Source of the DNA: Spirochaetia bacterium | GTDB lineage: Bacteria > Spirochaetota > Spirochaetia > DSM-27196 > Salinispiraceae | DNA length: 64,000 bases | Assembly (NCBI GenBank): GCA_038204425.1 | Contig: JBBRCZ010000004.1 | Coordinates: 1 to 64,000 of the forward strand | Direction of reading: 5' to 3' | Part shown: piece by piece, positions 52,101 to 60,609 of the stretch | Layout of the letters: each line of letters opens with the position of its first letter | Position numbering within the stretch: the first letter of the stretch is position 1 | Translations under genes and position numbers: made by a program | Notes under the pieces: generated by a model | Seen by the model: the letters and a program-made list of their open reading frames with translations, nothing else | Told to the model about the DNA's origin: nothing | Databases searched by the model: none

Positions 52101-55100
52101 TGTTGTCTCCAGTGTCTGCCCCACCACCAACAGTGCTAACGGTGGCGACCCCTGGTCCAAAACTAACAAACCGACCTGTAATTAGAAGTAGGTCTATGTT
52201 TGCACCTATGCTGCCACCGAAGCTTATGTTACCGGGGTCGCTTGCCGTAACACCGCTTGTTACCGTCAAATTGATACCGCCGATAGGTCCGTTAATTGTC
52301 GAAGAGAAGGTGATGTCTCCCTGGTTGCTAATAAATTGAACGTTCTGCGCCAAAGTTATAGGCCCAGTAAACGACAAGCTAGCTGATATAGTAGCTGATT
52401 GATAGATTGCACCACTTAGAACAAGGCTTGTTGTTGCATTTATTGATTGCATGCCGCTTGTAAACACACTGCTACTTAAGGTTGCTGTACTTGCACTACT
52501 AACGATAAAGCTTGTTAAGCGGCCGGGATCTAATGCGGCTACACCGACAATACCACCCACAGATACTGTCCCTGTACCTGCAGTAAGTCCAAGATTAAAT
52601 GCACCAGATATGGCTCCACTGAAGATGATGTTGCCTGCACCGACTCCAGTGCTTAGCAAGGTATTGGCCAAGAGTGTCACTGGCCTGCTTATGGTAATAA
52701 TGTTGCTAAGTGCCGAAATTGCCAACAATGGGTCGGCCACGTTAATGCTTATGTTGCCTGCAGCGGCGCCTAGAGTAACGGCACCGCTTGCGGTTGTTAT
52801 ACCGTCGGTAGCCGAGACTGTTGCCACCGTGAAAGCGTCGGTGTCAGTATATGAAAGGCTTGCAGTGCCACCAAGATTTGCTGCCAAGTTTGCACTTTGA
52901 TTGCCAGCTAGGGTCAAGTTGACCGTCCCATTTCCCAAAAGCCGCAATGAGCCGCCGCCCAAGATGTTATTGCTAGCAGTTTGGCTAATACCTTGTGCAG
53001 ACGAAAGGGTAAGTACATTGGTACCAACATTGATATCTTGATTGAGTTGGATAGAGCCTGTGGTCTCAGTCAACGAAATATCGCTTGCAGCCCCTGTTGT
53101 GGTTAGTCCAACAATCCCAGCGACCGTAGAGATCAAAAGCGTTTGAGCAGCTCCTCTATTGTTACCAACAGTGATAGTCCCTGTAGTACTTGTGCCAGCT
53201 AAAGTCTGAGCCACTGTAGAAATATTGACAGTGTTACCTGCGCTAAAAGCTAGATTGTTAGCGGTAAGCACTCCAATCCCACTAATGCCTGCGTTACTAC
53301 GCAATAAAAAAGGTTTAGTACCTGTCAAAGCGGTATTTGCTGCAATAGAAATTGCGCCAGCCGTTGGCGACCCAATCTGCACAGTTCCGGTGGTTGAGAC
53401 TTGGTTTATTTCTGCGGCAGTTAAGCCTAAACCACCTGGCCCACTTAGTGTAATTGTACCATTGGTGACAGGTTGCAAGAAAACGGCACCAGAGCCAGTA
53501 CTAACAGCAGCGCCGAGAACCATATCGTCGGCGACAAGGGTAATTGTTCCCGTAGTACTTGTTGTGATAGTACCCGCAACAGTTGTGGTCAAGTTACCGC
53601 TTGCAGCATGCAAAAAAATGTTACTTGCTGCGGGTGCCAAAATGGCACCGACAAAGCTTGTGGTGCTACTAGTATAAATGCTTATGGCGCCTCCAGCACT
53701 AATAGCACCAAAATTGGCAATGTTGTTGGTATAAGTTAGATCGGCGTCATCATCTAAAGTAATAAGTCCAGTGGCGGTAAGAACCAAGGTACCACTTGCC
53801 ATTGTGATACTGGGAGTAGCTACGTCAGTTATAGCACCAGCAGCATTAAGGGTTACCGTTCCATTTGAAGTAATATCAGAAATACCTATCGCTGCATTCT
53901 CAAACACCGTAATGTTGGTCGCTACTGCAGCGGCCCCGGCTGCATTCATGGTGCGCAGGGTCAAGTTTCCAAAGGTGTTAGAATAGGGCGCACCATCGTC
54001 GTCAAGGGTAATGGCTGCAAAACCTGCTACAGCACGTGTTTCGAAAGTAGCTGTGCCAATCACGGCAATAGTACCACCGTCGGTGATAGAACCCCCTGCA
54101 ATGACCATAAGGCTTCCACTTATGGTTGACGGCGACGCAGTACTAAAAACTATCGCATTAATGTCGGTAATAGTAAGATCTCGCACGCTTGTTGCTATAA
54201 CTGTAGAAAAATTATTGCCTGCATCACTGAGTGTTACATCATTGGCAGCTCCAACATTGATGGTGGTAGCGCCAGTAACAGTTAGACTACCTGTTCCTTG
54301 GGTTAGGTTGGCTATAGTGCCAGTTCCTATAAGTAGATTTCCAGTAACGCTGAGATTGTAGGTGCCCATGACAAGAGTACCTGCGGAGATAGTGAGGTTG
54401 CCGGAAACTGTCCATATTCCTGACAAGGGGATACTTCCTGCAGCCAAAGCAACTTCTAAGTTGACGTAGCTTAGCCCAGCTGTAGCCGATGCAGGATTGG
54501 TACCCACATATCTGACCGTACTGCTAGCTAGGTTATTTATAGTAGGTGTGCCAGCTATTTCTGGTCCACTTAAAAGTAATGTACCAGAATTATTTATAGT
54601 TGCGCCTGCAGCAGTTAATGTTTGTCCATTTAAATTGAGTTGAGCAGCTGCTGCGATAGTCAGAGATTGTGCACTGGCTATGGTTGTTGGAGCAGAAAGC
54701 GCCCAGTTAACTCCACTTGCAAATCGCAAATTATTATAGGAACTACCTGCACTCAAAGTCGCAGCTGTTCCATAATACTCGACCGTTGCAGGTATGGTCG
54801 CTGGAAAACCAGTTAATGTAGCTACTCCTGTTAAACGCAGGGTCGCAGCAGCAACAGTTGCTGAATACGTTCCGGTAATAGTCAAAGGATTGCCAGCCAA
54901 ATCTAAAACCGATGTTGCATTATTGAGAGTTACATTTAAAAGACTAGTAACGGTCACGGGCATTATGGGAAAATTAACCCCAGTAATTACACTTACAATT
55001 ATGCTGTCACCGTTTGCTGGTATACCTGCCGGCATCCAGTTTCCTGTGTTGTTCCAAACCGTGGCTGCTGCTGAACCAGTCCATGTATAAATACTTGTTA

Positions 55101-57804
55101 ATCCCCAGTTACTCGTATTAGAACTAATTGTGTTTGTTGGTACTGGGATAACTCCTCCAGTACGAATACTGTCACTTATGTTTAACCAAGTAAGCGTATG
55201 TGCAGCAACAGGCAAGTTAAATGTCCATTGCGTGGGGCTTGAAGACGAGGCAAGTGCAAGCCGATGAGCGCCATCGGTACCTAATAAGGTGGCTATTCCA
55301 CCAACTGCAAGTGCGGTGGTGCTTCCAGCGGTAAACACAAGGCTGGCACCTCCTGCTGTACCGGCAGCGGTACTCGATAAATTATAAAAGGTGGTGTTGC
55401 CGGTAATAGAGTGAGTTGTAGTTACCGCATTGCTAAAGGTCACCATGCCGTTTTGGGCTGTAAAACCAGATAATCCATTGTTATTTGTCCAGTTGCCATT
55501 AACGGTAACACTATAATTGGAAGCACTTACATTTAAGTTATTTGCTGCACCTATAGTAAGGTTGTTGGTGACTAAATTAGCAGCAAGTGTCAGTTGACCA
55601 TTAACCGTCAGGTTTCCAACTGTCCATGCCGCGCTGTTTTGAACACCAACAACATTACTAATTGTAACTGCACCAAAGGTTGACACACCCGGTGCGACCG
55701 TTTGCGCAGCTGCGCCATTAAATGTCAATACTCCGCTTGTCTGACTAAAGGCACCAGCATTGGTAAAATTGCCCGAAACTGTAAGATTGTGGGTACTTGT
55801 TGCTAACGTAGCCCCGGCATTGATAGTAATGGTATTGACTAGACCAGCCGCGCTTAAATTTACGGTGCTACCTGGTGGCAAAGTTACGTTGCTTGCCGCC
55901 GTTGGAACCGTTGCAGGACTCCAATTGCTGGCAGTGTTCCAGTCGTTGTTGGTGGCACCCGTCCAAGTTAGAGCATTGGGATCGTTGACAAAAATGAGGT
56001 AAGGGTCATCTACCCAGGTGGCACCACCGTCCCAGCTAAATTGCAGCTTGCCACTAGCTGGTGTAGTCAAACCGTTAAATCTCAAACCAGCAATAGTTAG
56101 CACACCACCACTAGAGAAGTTGCCTGTAGTGGTAAGTTGGGCTACAGTATTTGCAGCCGAGTAGGTTATTGGATTATTGACATTAGCGGCTTCGCCTCCC
56201 GCAAGTGTGGCTGTTAAAACAGAAACGTCAAAACTTGCATTAAGACCCGCCGGTATCCGTACCCGCAATTGGCTGCCTGTCAATATGGCGGCTGTGCCGG
56301 CAGTAATAGTTAACGTTGGCAAAGTAGGACTAGTGTTAATGTTAAAATTTTGATTTGCAGGCGAAGCAAAACTAGGTGCCGTTCCATTAGTAAATGAAAT
56401 AACAGCATTTGTATTAAATGCTGCACCCGGCAGAGAAGTAGACCCATTACTACCATCAGTAGTTGGGGTTACCGTTGTTGTGCCGGGTGTTCCACTTCTA
56501 GAAATACGCACCCAAGCACTTCCAAAACCATCGGTAGTTACAAGTGTAGTTTGGCCAGCTAAGGTGCCCAGACCTGGCGAATTATTGCTTGAGTTGAATA
56601 TTGCATCGGTTCCAGGAGAAAGTGTAAGATACACACTAACAGACTCTTGAACCAGATCTCCATTATTATCCAAAACATACACAGAAATGGTGGCATTGGC
56701 CGATCCATCTGATACTGCTGTTAACGTAGAAGGGCTCAGCACTACCCGATAAGGAGTGGGTCCAATAGCAAGGGGAGATGAGTAGATGGGAGTTAAGTTG
56801 TAAGTATTGCTAGGTAATACGCCATCATTATTCGTCCCAACATTATCATCTGCGCTAGTATTAATATAAGCAAAAAACTCCGCTGGGTTGGTATTGTTAA
56901 GAGCAGTTAATGAATTTATTTGGTAGGTCCAAGTCCCATTTTGTGTAGCTGCTGCTATCAGGTATGAATTACGATTATGAGTGTTGTTAAGCGACAAGGC
57001 ACCATTAGTGACAAGTGTAGTTCCTGTCTTGTCGTTTAAATTGAAAGTACTACCTTCCCCCGGGCTGCCGACGTTAGCATCTGCATCCCAATCTCCTATT
57101 ACCAAGTACTTTGCGTCCGCAAGATTGGGTACAAAAGGATATATTGTTGGATTGATTGCATTTAATAATTGCATTGGCCAGCTATAGGCAAAAAAATTAA
57201 AACCAGCAATTCCAGTTGGAGCAGCTACTGTTGCATCTGTAATCGTTGCATAGGATACGTCAATTCTAAAGGCGTTTTTGCCCACAGTGGTACTGGCTAC
57301 GTAGACCAAAATCTTAAAATAATACCTACTGCCAATATGCTCCCCGGCTCCAACCTGCGTACTACCAATCGAATACCAACCGACATTTTCCGTGGTAAAG
57401 GTTCTTTGCGCTAACTGTGTTCCTGTATCGTAGTCTGCGACCAAACCGCGCAATTTACGGGCATTGAGATTGGAATAAGCACTAGTGCCACCATAAACCG
57501 TAAACACAGTATTACCTGAGCCATAGCCGGTGTCAGGGTTATTTCCAGTTCCACCGCCTGGGCTCTCAGCAAGTATGTGAATATAAGTACTGGGTGAAAC
57601 AGAATCTGGAACTGACAAAAAAACCACCGTAAATGGATCCAATGCACCGACATCGGGGGTATTGCTTCCCACAAACCAGTTTGTTGGACTGGGGATTACA
57701 CTAGGACTCTGTCCCCAGACCGCACCCACTGCCACCACCAACAAGAGAACTAGGGTTAAATACCAATTTTTGTGAGTAAAACTATGTTGAAAATGCTTGC
57801 GCAT
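46147..57804 (-). CDS. Giant (~3885 aa) secreted surface protein/adhesin: Ig-like and beta-helix repeats, C-terminal FlgD-Ig-like domain
   Basis: GGAGG RBS at 57810-14 and signal peptide MRKHF...VVAVGAVWG; T/G/A/N/S-rich repeats; TWTG...W....NW motifs; C-terminal TILNNVINP...WDGRNANG..VARGLYLIRV...RKVMVVK. Confidence 0.9.
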   Translation of the reverse strand: MRKHFQHSFTHKNWYLTLVLLLVVAVGAVWGQSPSVIPSPTNWFVGSNTPDVGALDPFTVVFLSVPDSVSPSTYIHILAESPGGGTGNNPDTGYGSGNTVFTVYGGTSAYSNLNARKLRGLVADYDTGTQLAQRTFTTENVGWYSIGSTQVGAGEHIGSRYYFKILVYVASTTVGKNAFRIDVSYATITDATVAAPTGIAGFNFFAYSWPMQLLNAINPTIYPFVPNLADAKYLVIGDWDADANVGSPGEGSTFNLNDKTGTTLVTNGALSLNNTHNRNSYLIAAATQNGTWTYQINSLTALNNTNPAEFFAYINTSADDNVGTNNDGVLPSNTYNLTPIYSSPLAIGPTPYRVVLSPSTLTAVSDGSANATISVYVLDNNGDLVQESVSVYLTLSPGTDAIFNSSNNSPGLGTLAGQTTLVTTDGFGSAWVRISRSGTPGTTTVTPTTDGSNGSTSLPGAAFNTNAVISFTNGTAPSFASPANQNFNINTSPTLPTLTITAGTAAILTGSQLRVRIPAGLNASFDVSVLTATLAGGEAANVNNPITYSAANTVAQLTTTGNFSSGGVLTIAGLRFNGLTTPASGKLQFSWDGGATWVDDPYLIFVNDPNALTWTGATNNDWNTASNWSPATVPTAASNVTLPPGSTVNLSAAGLVNTITINAGATLATSTHNLTVSGNFTNAGAFSQTSGVLTFNGAAAQTVAPGVSTFGAVTISNVVGVQNSAAWTVGNLTVNGQLTLAANLVTNNLTIGAANNLNVSASNYSVTVNGNWTNNNGLSGFTAQNGMVTFSNAVTTTHSITGNTTFYNLSSTAAGTAGGASLVFTAGSTTALAVGGIATLLGTDGAHRLALASSSSPTQWTFNLPVAAHTLTWLNISDSIRTGGVIPVPTNTISSNTSNWGLTSIYTWTGSAAATVWNNTGNWMPAGIPANGDSIIVSVITGVNFPIMPVTVTSLLNVTLNNATSVLDLAGNPLTITGTYSATVAAATLRLTGVATLTGFPATIPATVEYYGTAATLSAGSSYNNLRFASGVNWALSAPTTIASAQSLTIAAAAQLNLNGQTLTAAGATINNSGTLLLSGPEIAGTPTINNLASSTVRYVGTNPASATAGLSYVNLEVALAAGSIPLSGIWTVSGNLTISAGTLVMGTYNLSVTGNLLIGTGTIANLTQGTGSLTVTGATTINVGAANDVTLSDAGNNFSTVIATSVRDLTITDINAIVFSTASPSTISGSLMVIAGGSITDGGTIAVIGTATFETRAVAGFAAITLDDDGAPYSNTFGNLTLRTMNAAGAAAVATNITVFENAAIGISDITSNGTVTLNAAGAITDVATPSITMASGTLVLTATGLITLDDDADLTYTNNIANFGAISAGGAISIYTSSTTSFVGAILAPAASNIFLHAASGNLTTTVAGTITTSTTGTITLVADDMVLGAAVSTGSGAVFLQPVTNGTITLSGPGGLGLTAAEINQVSTTGTVQIGSPTAGAISIAANTALTGTKPFLLRSNAGISGIGVLTANNLAFSAGNTVNISTVAQTLAGTSTTGTITVGNNRGAAQTLLISTVAGIVGLTTTGAASDISLTETTGSIQLNQDINVGTNVLTLSSAQGISQTASNNILGGGSLRLLGNGTVNLTLAGNQSANLAANLGGTASLSYTDTDAFTVATVSATDGITTASGAVTLGAAAGNISINVADPLLAISALSNIITISRPVTLLANTLLSTGVGAGNIIFSGAISGAFNLGLTAGTGTVSVGGIVGVAALDPGRLTSFIVSSASTATLSSSVFTSGMQSINATTSLVLSGAIYQSATISASLSFTGPITLAQNVQFISNQGDITFSSTINGPIGGINLTVTSGVTASDPGNISFGGSIGANIDLLLITGRFVSFGPGVATVSTVGGGADTGDNIAITSDGFTLGTTTVVSAGTGTFQIRPRDAAANIEFGSTNTLGGGFAFIDADFGSITAASFTIGDSAHSGNIVWTGSTASLPYAAILRNSAAASAYVRFDADYLSTNSSLTVQSGTGGFVVAGGGSINLGSGTFFANATAQPISIETNSTITANGGINFGGTIDDTADDINTLTLNSSGITSLNGAVGSTFRLAQIVTDAAGSLTIGANITSDLMTFNDPVSISTGVIINDGTDNVASPDVTFASTVNGTNALILSGSGEKYFNQTVGNSFNLTSITQAGGSGAITFFDNVTLSAGATFNANVVLDGMTLQAGAAVTFGDAGTDQLTFSTAANTINLTAGNLIFNSLVDGSQDLALTVVGTTTFNAAVGSNFKIGDGNGASIVINAGGATTFNTGATVHTATGITQNNASGTLTFRENVTIDTNNTANQFNSTVTLYGMIFDSVANTNFGNAVGDTITLSSGTVTLNGGGTKTFIGAVSGTVALVQNTGAVTFNENVSVAGATLNANVTLAGLTFTSSADVTFGDAPADTLDFTTGAVTISTSASALLTTNATVNGNQNLTLTISGDTIFNAAVGGASVANQIGNGTGASLTISSTGATTFNSTLRTTTGISQTDGTGLLTLTGNVDIVGAGTASNFLSRVRLDGLTLTSAGAITFGSTDTDGDGANLLDGDELLISGADTTITCSTGNLLLNCQVTDNGTLFGGVATDRQSLTLTASAGAITLKGLVGSLVGGRAYLQNLTVTATTSILLGNDTIDALNINGNLSMTTSALDLRGSSIITAGTQTYTASTQIVADLHANGAWDAQNGQNINIRTPHFFINNATGATTQLSISDNVSLRNHLNAPNTGDLIFYRGRLSVSGIIVDIGGNLAIFGSAYNASDPDRSPSTTEYQYPDPSSAFTIIPLPGTRSANFAAAGLNGTTLTVNGNFYVNGTNLDGAASYNLRLPDNNSVPGMLTVGTGYGFGNGTTGKFARVYNSSITSLTVLPLVGAVGNNNVWLSAAENVMDAGINSRVAFAADRPTIVSARSIYDDMVEVIFDRDIENSNSELSAIVNSVTPSDNLRFNNAASSFQGVYIWDDSGNNVWAPGEAGSFVAINTTATSFLNSDVPTTIPLYFRTHTGLFAGVRAPVITWNTDATGASVGNALSTDRSGVQRNVLLNLALSKHRIYSALGKVTMANTGVQLNGTTFSLMAGGTGGFAGGGNQYLAAFTATTDGTRSVLVGAWAGKSNYAAGTATPYNGHNLLHIRYSEPLDLAGLSGFSDVGAATMAGNAAPGNISFRSYNDLNGIGYITETTGTVSINGLNLTYPGNFAAGARQFGAGLTHESHPDKIHLIYRSTAASATNPAGSAGLTIFLAGYSINSAGTLNWPGYLGSPTAADDTIPTITDVVGLSLVQEIATEVLDANGNQVEPSVNPYPGKVGDTVGVTAKNNATTAVNLSDISSGGAGFGVLFTDDWDTTRPAVSLDGGGPNFLIYSGLEVGNQIDRLEFVMTKPIRDSSWSFPDADASNLYDNELAAFRVGNLLDLVPTTANNLSIDSNVSPPTTLSNDNDPDDEYFKMALNPVWNSRISLFVLYDANIGFLTDHRGNLMRSRTDIGDRLEGIERTPPNIELSLGAVGGRRIYVQFDEPVFRFNGTDLEEIQASDFDIKRAGVSEGSPASVSILETSEVRTGQFGVTKAFFDLNFTIAPIDLMELRLSTAMDNVISDKSNNSILAATVYRFSNIGLGIAEPVQAIDDILNPSNVGSLAPIRTFTGNESLLGEGQILLQVKLSDNLGPSYLDQPLRLYYDVNPPSSVLSPIGGKFWFPNAIKGLLDLPNPAARVVLGSNLGAGSGLRQFGFSGKDSEFTNGAMVDFVLDMNGLSLAYTPDPQDPRLIRPWSFGIDTLVKQRAGVTILNNVINPLVNDRAILRYQLDAPANVNVMVFAADGTLVKILRTGSQAKGDYTLSWDGRNANGDVVARGLYLIRVSGGGIDEFRKVMVVK

Positions 57805-57809
57805 GTATG

Positions 57810-58004
57810 CCTCCGTTGGCAATTGACCGTGTTTGGTCAAATTATCGGCCAAAATTGCCAAAAACTCGGGGGTTTTTGGGGGCCACATTCTATTGGACAG
57901 CATACACTTATTTGCTTGACGCAAATTACGGGATTGACTGCGGCCCCCAAGGCTAAGGGGGTACGTTGAGACCTTGGCTCAACGTAGGGGGAAGGCTTTC
58001 CCCC
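57810..58004 (-). promoter_or_regulatory. Structured 5' leader (candidate cis-regulatory RNA) of the giant protein gene
   Basis: Three abutting hairpins (57987-58004, 57962-57986, 57944-57961) followed by a chain of overlapping alternative helices ending next to the RBS. Confidence 0.55.
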
Positions 58005-58135
58005 ACCAAATTTGGGAACAATCTACTCGCGTTGAAGCTGCCCACTAATAGTATATCGCAAAATGGAGGGCGCAACGAAGGATCTGAGGCTTTTTAATGA
58101 CTTAATCGATTCTGCCGCTTTGTACGCACGCGCTC

Positions 58136-59203
58136 TCAAACCAGCGCTTTGTAAATGGTATACTTGTCCTTGAGGCCCTTTAACCGCGCATTAAATCGAT
58201 GCAGTTTGCTAACATACTTGCGCAAGATCAGCTGTGAGCCTTCGTGCTTAAAGACCGGTTCCGAAAACAGTACTTCGTTGGGTGCCGAAAGACCTTGTAC
58301 GCGGGCAGCAATGTTTACACTGGTGCCAAAATAGTCCAACCTATTGTTTAGGGTAACTACCACCGTTGGTCCTGAGTGTATGCCAATTTTTATTTCTATT
58401 TTTTTTTCTTCGTCACGCGTACTGTTAAAAATTTTAAAAGCTTTTTGAATTTCTAAAGCAGATTCCAGGGCTTTGGCGGGTGTTTTAAAGATGCCCATTA
58501 CGGCATCGCCTATCGTTTTGATAGCAACTCCGTCGTGATTTTTTATGTGGCCAAAAACGATGTTAAAGTGATCGCGTACAAATTGAAACGCTTGGCTATC
58601 ACCAAATTTTTCATACATGGCGGTGGAACCTTTGATATCCGTAAATAAAATAGAGACTTGTTTGACGTCCAAGCTCTGGTCAAGCGGTAGAATGTCGCCG
58701 TCAAAAATTTCTCTAAATACCTGGTTGTTGATGCAGTCGATACCTCTAATGACGGTATTTTTTTGCCAATGGAACTTATTTTCGTGCTTAAGCGAGTGCA
58801 TCATTTGCTTCATATAGCCGGCGCTAATTTCATCTGGTATGGTTCTAATTTCTTCACTGATAGAAAACATCACTTCTATGTTGTCATCGAGCGCATTTTT
58901 AAAATCCAATTTGCAAATGCCGCAATAGTCGCCCGATTTGGCAGTGTCTAGTCCAAGACTCTCTTTGGCTACCCCGCCACAACTTGGGCAATGGAACTCC
59001 CAGTGGATAGAAAAAACGCCAGCCTGCACACCTCTAAGAAAAAGGTTTAAGAGTTTTACCCGTTCCACGTTCCAGCTGTTTGCCAAGCCATAGACGTCTA
59101 TATGAAACAACGACTCTATTGGTCCATTGCTTATAAGATCCTGTACTTGATCTCTGAGTTTTTTTTCTTCGATCAAAAGTAGATAGCTATCTAAGTTGCT
59201 CAT
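58136..59203 (-). CDS. Class III adenylate/guanylate cyclase with DUF5939-like N-terminus
   Basis: HCPSCG...CGIC Cys motif; LFTDIKGST, KTIGDAVM, IGIHSG, DYFGTSVNIAAR. Confidence 0.9.
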   Translation of the reverse strand: MSNLDSYLLLIEEKKLRDQVQDLISNGPIESLFHIDVYGLANSWNVERVKLLNLFLRGVQAGVFSIHWEFHCPSCGGVAKESLGLDTAKSGDYCGICKLDFKNALDDNIEVMFSISEEIRTIPDEISAGYMKQMMHSLKHENKFHWQKNTVIRGIDCINNQVFREIFDGDILPLDQSLDVKQVSILFTDIKGSTAMYEKFGDSQAFQFVRDHFNIVFGHIKNHDGVAIKTIGDAVMGIFKTPAKALESALEIQKAFKIFNSTRDEEKKIEIKIGIHSGPTVVVTLNNRLDYFGTSVNIAARVQGLSAPNEVLFSEPVFKHEGSQLILRKYVSKLHRFNARLKGLKDKYTIYKALV

Positions 59204-59215
59204 GTCACTTCCTCT

Positions 59216-60403
59216 CTATTGATCCGCTTGGCTTGAGTCTTGCACAATCAACGCTTCTAGCAAGGGCCGCGCACCCAACGAGTCGCGCAGGGTTTGGTAG
59301 TCGGCGTGCACCTTAAGAATACCTGTTTGCTGAGCTGCTGGCAAGTTTTGGCTGGCCCTAATCAAAAGATTCTTGGGTGTGTGCTCGGGGTCAACAAATT
59401 CAACTGTGTCAACCTGGTAGCCAGCTTGCTCCAAGAGCGAACAGCGCAGTGCATCGGTGGCCAAGGCTGCAAAACGCTCTTTGATGAGCCCCTGTTTGAG
59501 CAGTACTTTGAGACTTGGCGCCTCAATCTGACCAAAAAGTTGGTGCTGGCAACAGGGCGCACTCAGGATCACTTTGGCGCGGTGAGTAACTGCAAAAGCC
59601 AGCGCCAAGTCAGTAGCTGTGTCACAGGCATGCAGACTCAGCACCATGTCTACGTCACCTTCATTTTTGTAGCCAGCTATGTCTCCGGTCTCAAAACGCA
59701 GCCCGCTCATACCAAGTTGAAGTGCCAAGTTGTTTGATGACTCAATCAGGTCCTGCTTGAGGTCGAGCCCCAGAATTTCTACGCTGCGTGCTTTGATAAC
59801 AACCAGATAATGATAAAGCGCAAAGGTGAGATAAGCTTTGCCACAAGCAAAGTCTATGATCTTGAGCGTCTTGTCGCTTGGTAGTTTTGCTAACACGTTA
59901 TCTACCAGTTCGATAAATCGATTAATTTGCCTAAACTTGTCATAGCGTGCTTTAAAAACTTGGCCGGCCGGACTCATAAGACCCAAGGCTATCAAAAAAT
60001 CGAGCGACTTTCCGTCGGGGAGCACGTAGTGCTTGCTGCGGTTATGCTCGGCAACGGGTTGCAGCACTTCTTTGGTGTTTTTTGAAAGTACACTCACTGT
60101 GCCGCTTGGACTTAGGTGCGCTTGAAGTTCTTCGTGCACAAAACGACAATTAACTTGTCTAAACTTGGGCAAGAGCTCACTCAAGCTGGCAATAGCTGCC
60201 TCAAGCGCTAGGTTTTGATGCCGCATCTGGCGACCGGCGTCAAATCCAAACTGTAAGTGATAGCCCGACTTAAGCTGTACCGGACTGATACTTATTTTTT
60301 TGTTTTCTTTGTAGGATTTAATCGGATTCGATAGTGTCATTGCTACAAACTGGCCGGCTTCCAAACGTGGTTTAAGCGCTGCGATAAAGTCCTCAGTAAT
60401 CAT
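59216..60403 (-). CDS. SAM-dependent methyltransferase (Methyltransf_32-like)
   Basis: [39 protein letters not shown]; start at ATG 60403. Confidence 0.88.
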   Translation of the reverse strand: MITEDFIAALKPRLEAGQFVAMTLSNPIKSYKENKKISISPVQLKSGYHLQFGFDAGRQMRHQNLALEAAIASLSELLPKFRQVNCRFVHEELQAHLSPSGTVSVLSKNTKEVLQPVAEHNRSKHYVLPDGKSLDFLIALGLMSPAGQVFKARYDKFRQINRFIELVDNVLAKLPSDKTLKIIDFACGKAYLTFALYHYLVVIKARSVEILGLDLKQDLIESSNNLALQLGMSGLRFETGDIAGYKNEGDVDMVLSLHACDTATDLALAFAVTHRAKVILSAPCCQHQLFGQIEAPSLKVLLKQGLIKERFAALATDALRCSLLEQAGYQVDTVEFVDPEHTPKNLLIRASQNLPAAQQTGILKVHADYQTLRDSLGARPLLEALIVQDSSQADQ

Positions 60404-60609
60404 GCCACCACCATAGCACATTTGAGCCAGCTTGGCTTTGGCGCAATCAATTCTTAGGTGGCCCACTCTGTGCTTTTGTCGGGTGTCAGGGTGCTATACC
60501 AAAAGCGCATTTTAGAGGTATAAAGTCTGACAGGATTATGATTGGCCAGTTTTTTGGTCGCAGCAAAGGGGCAGGCGCCCCTGTCGTCCTTTCTTCCCGG
60601 AGGTATCAA

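Noticed and set aside
46544..57414. Many + strand ORFs inside the giant gene
   Set aside because: Expected antisense ORFs from biased Thr/Gly/Ala/Asn codons; no independent signals.
57805..57924. 40-aa N-terminal extension of the giant ORF
   Set aside because: The RBS and signal peptide point to ATG 57804; the extension overlaps the structured leader.
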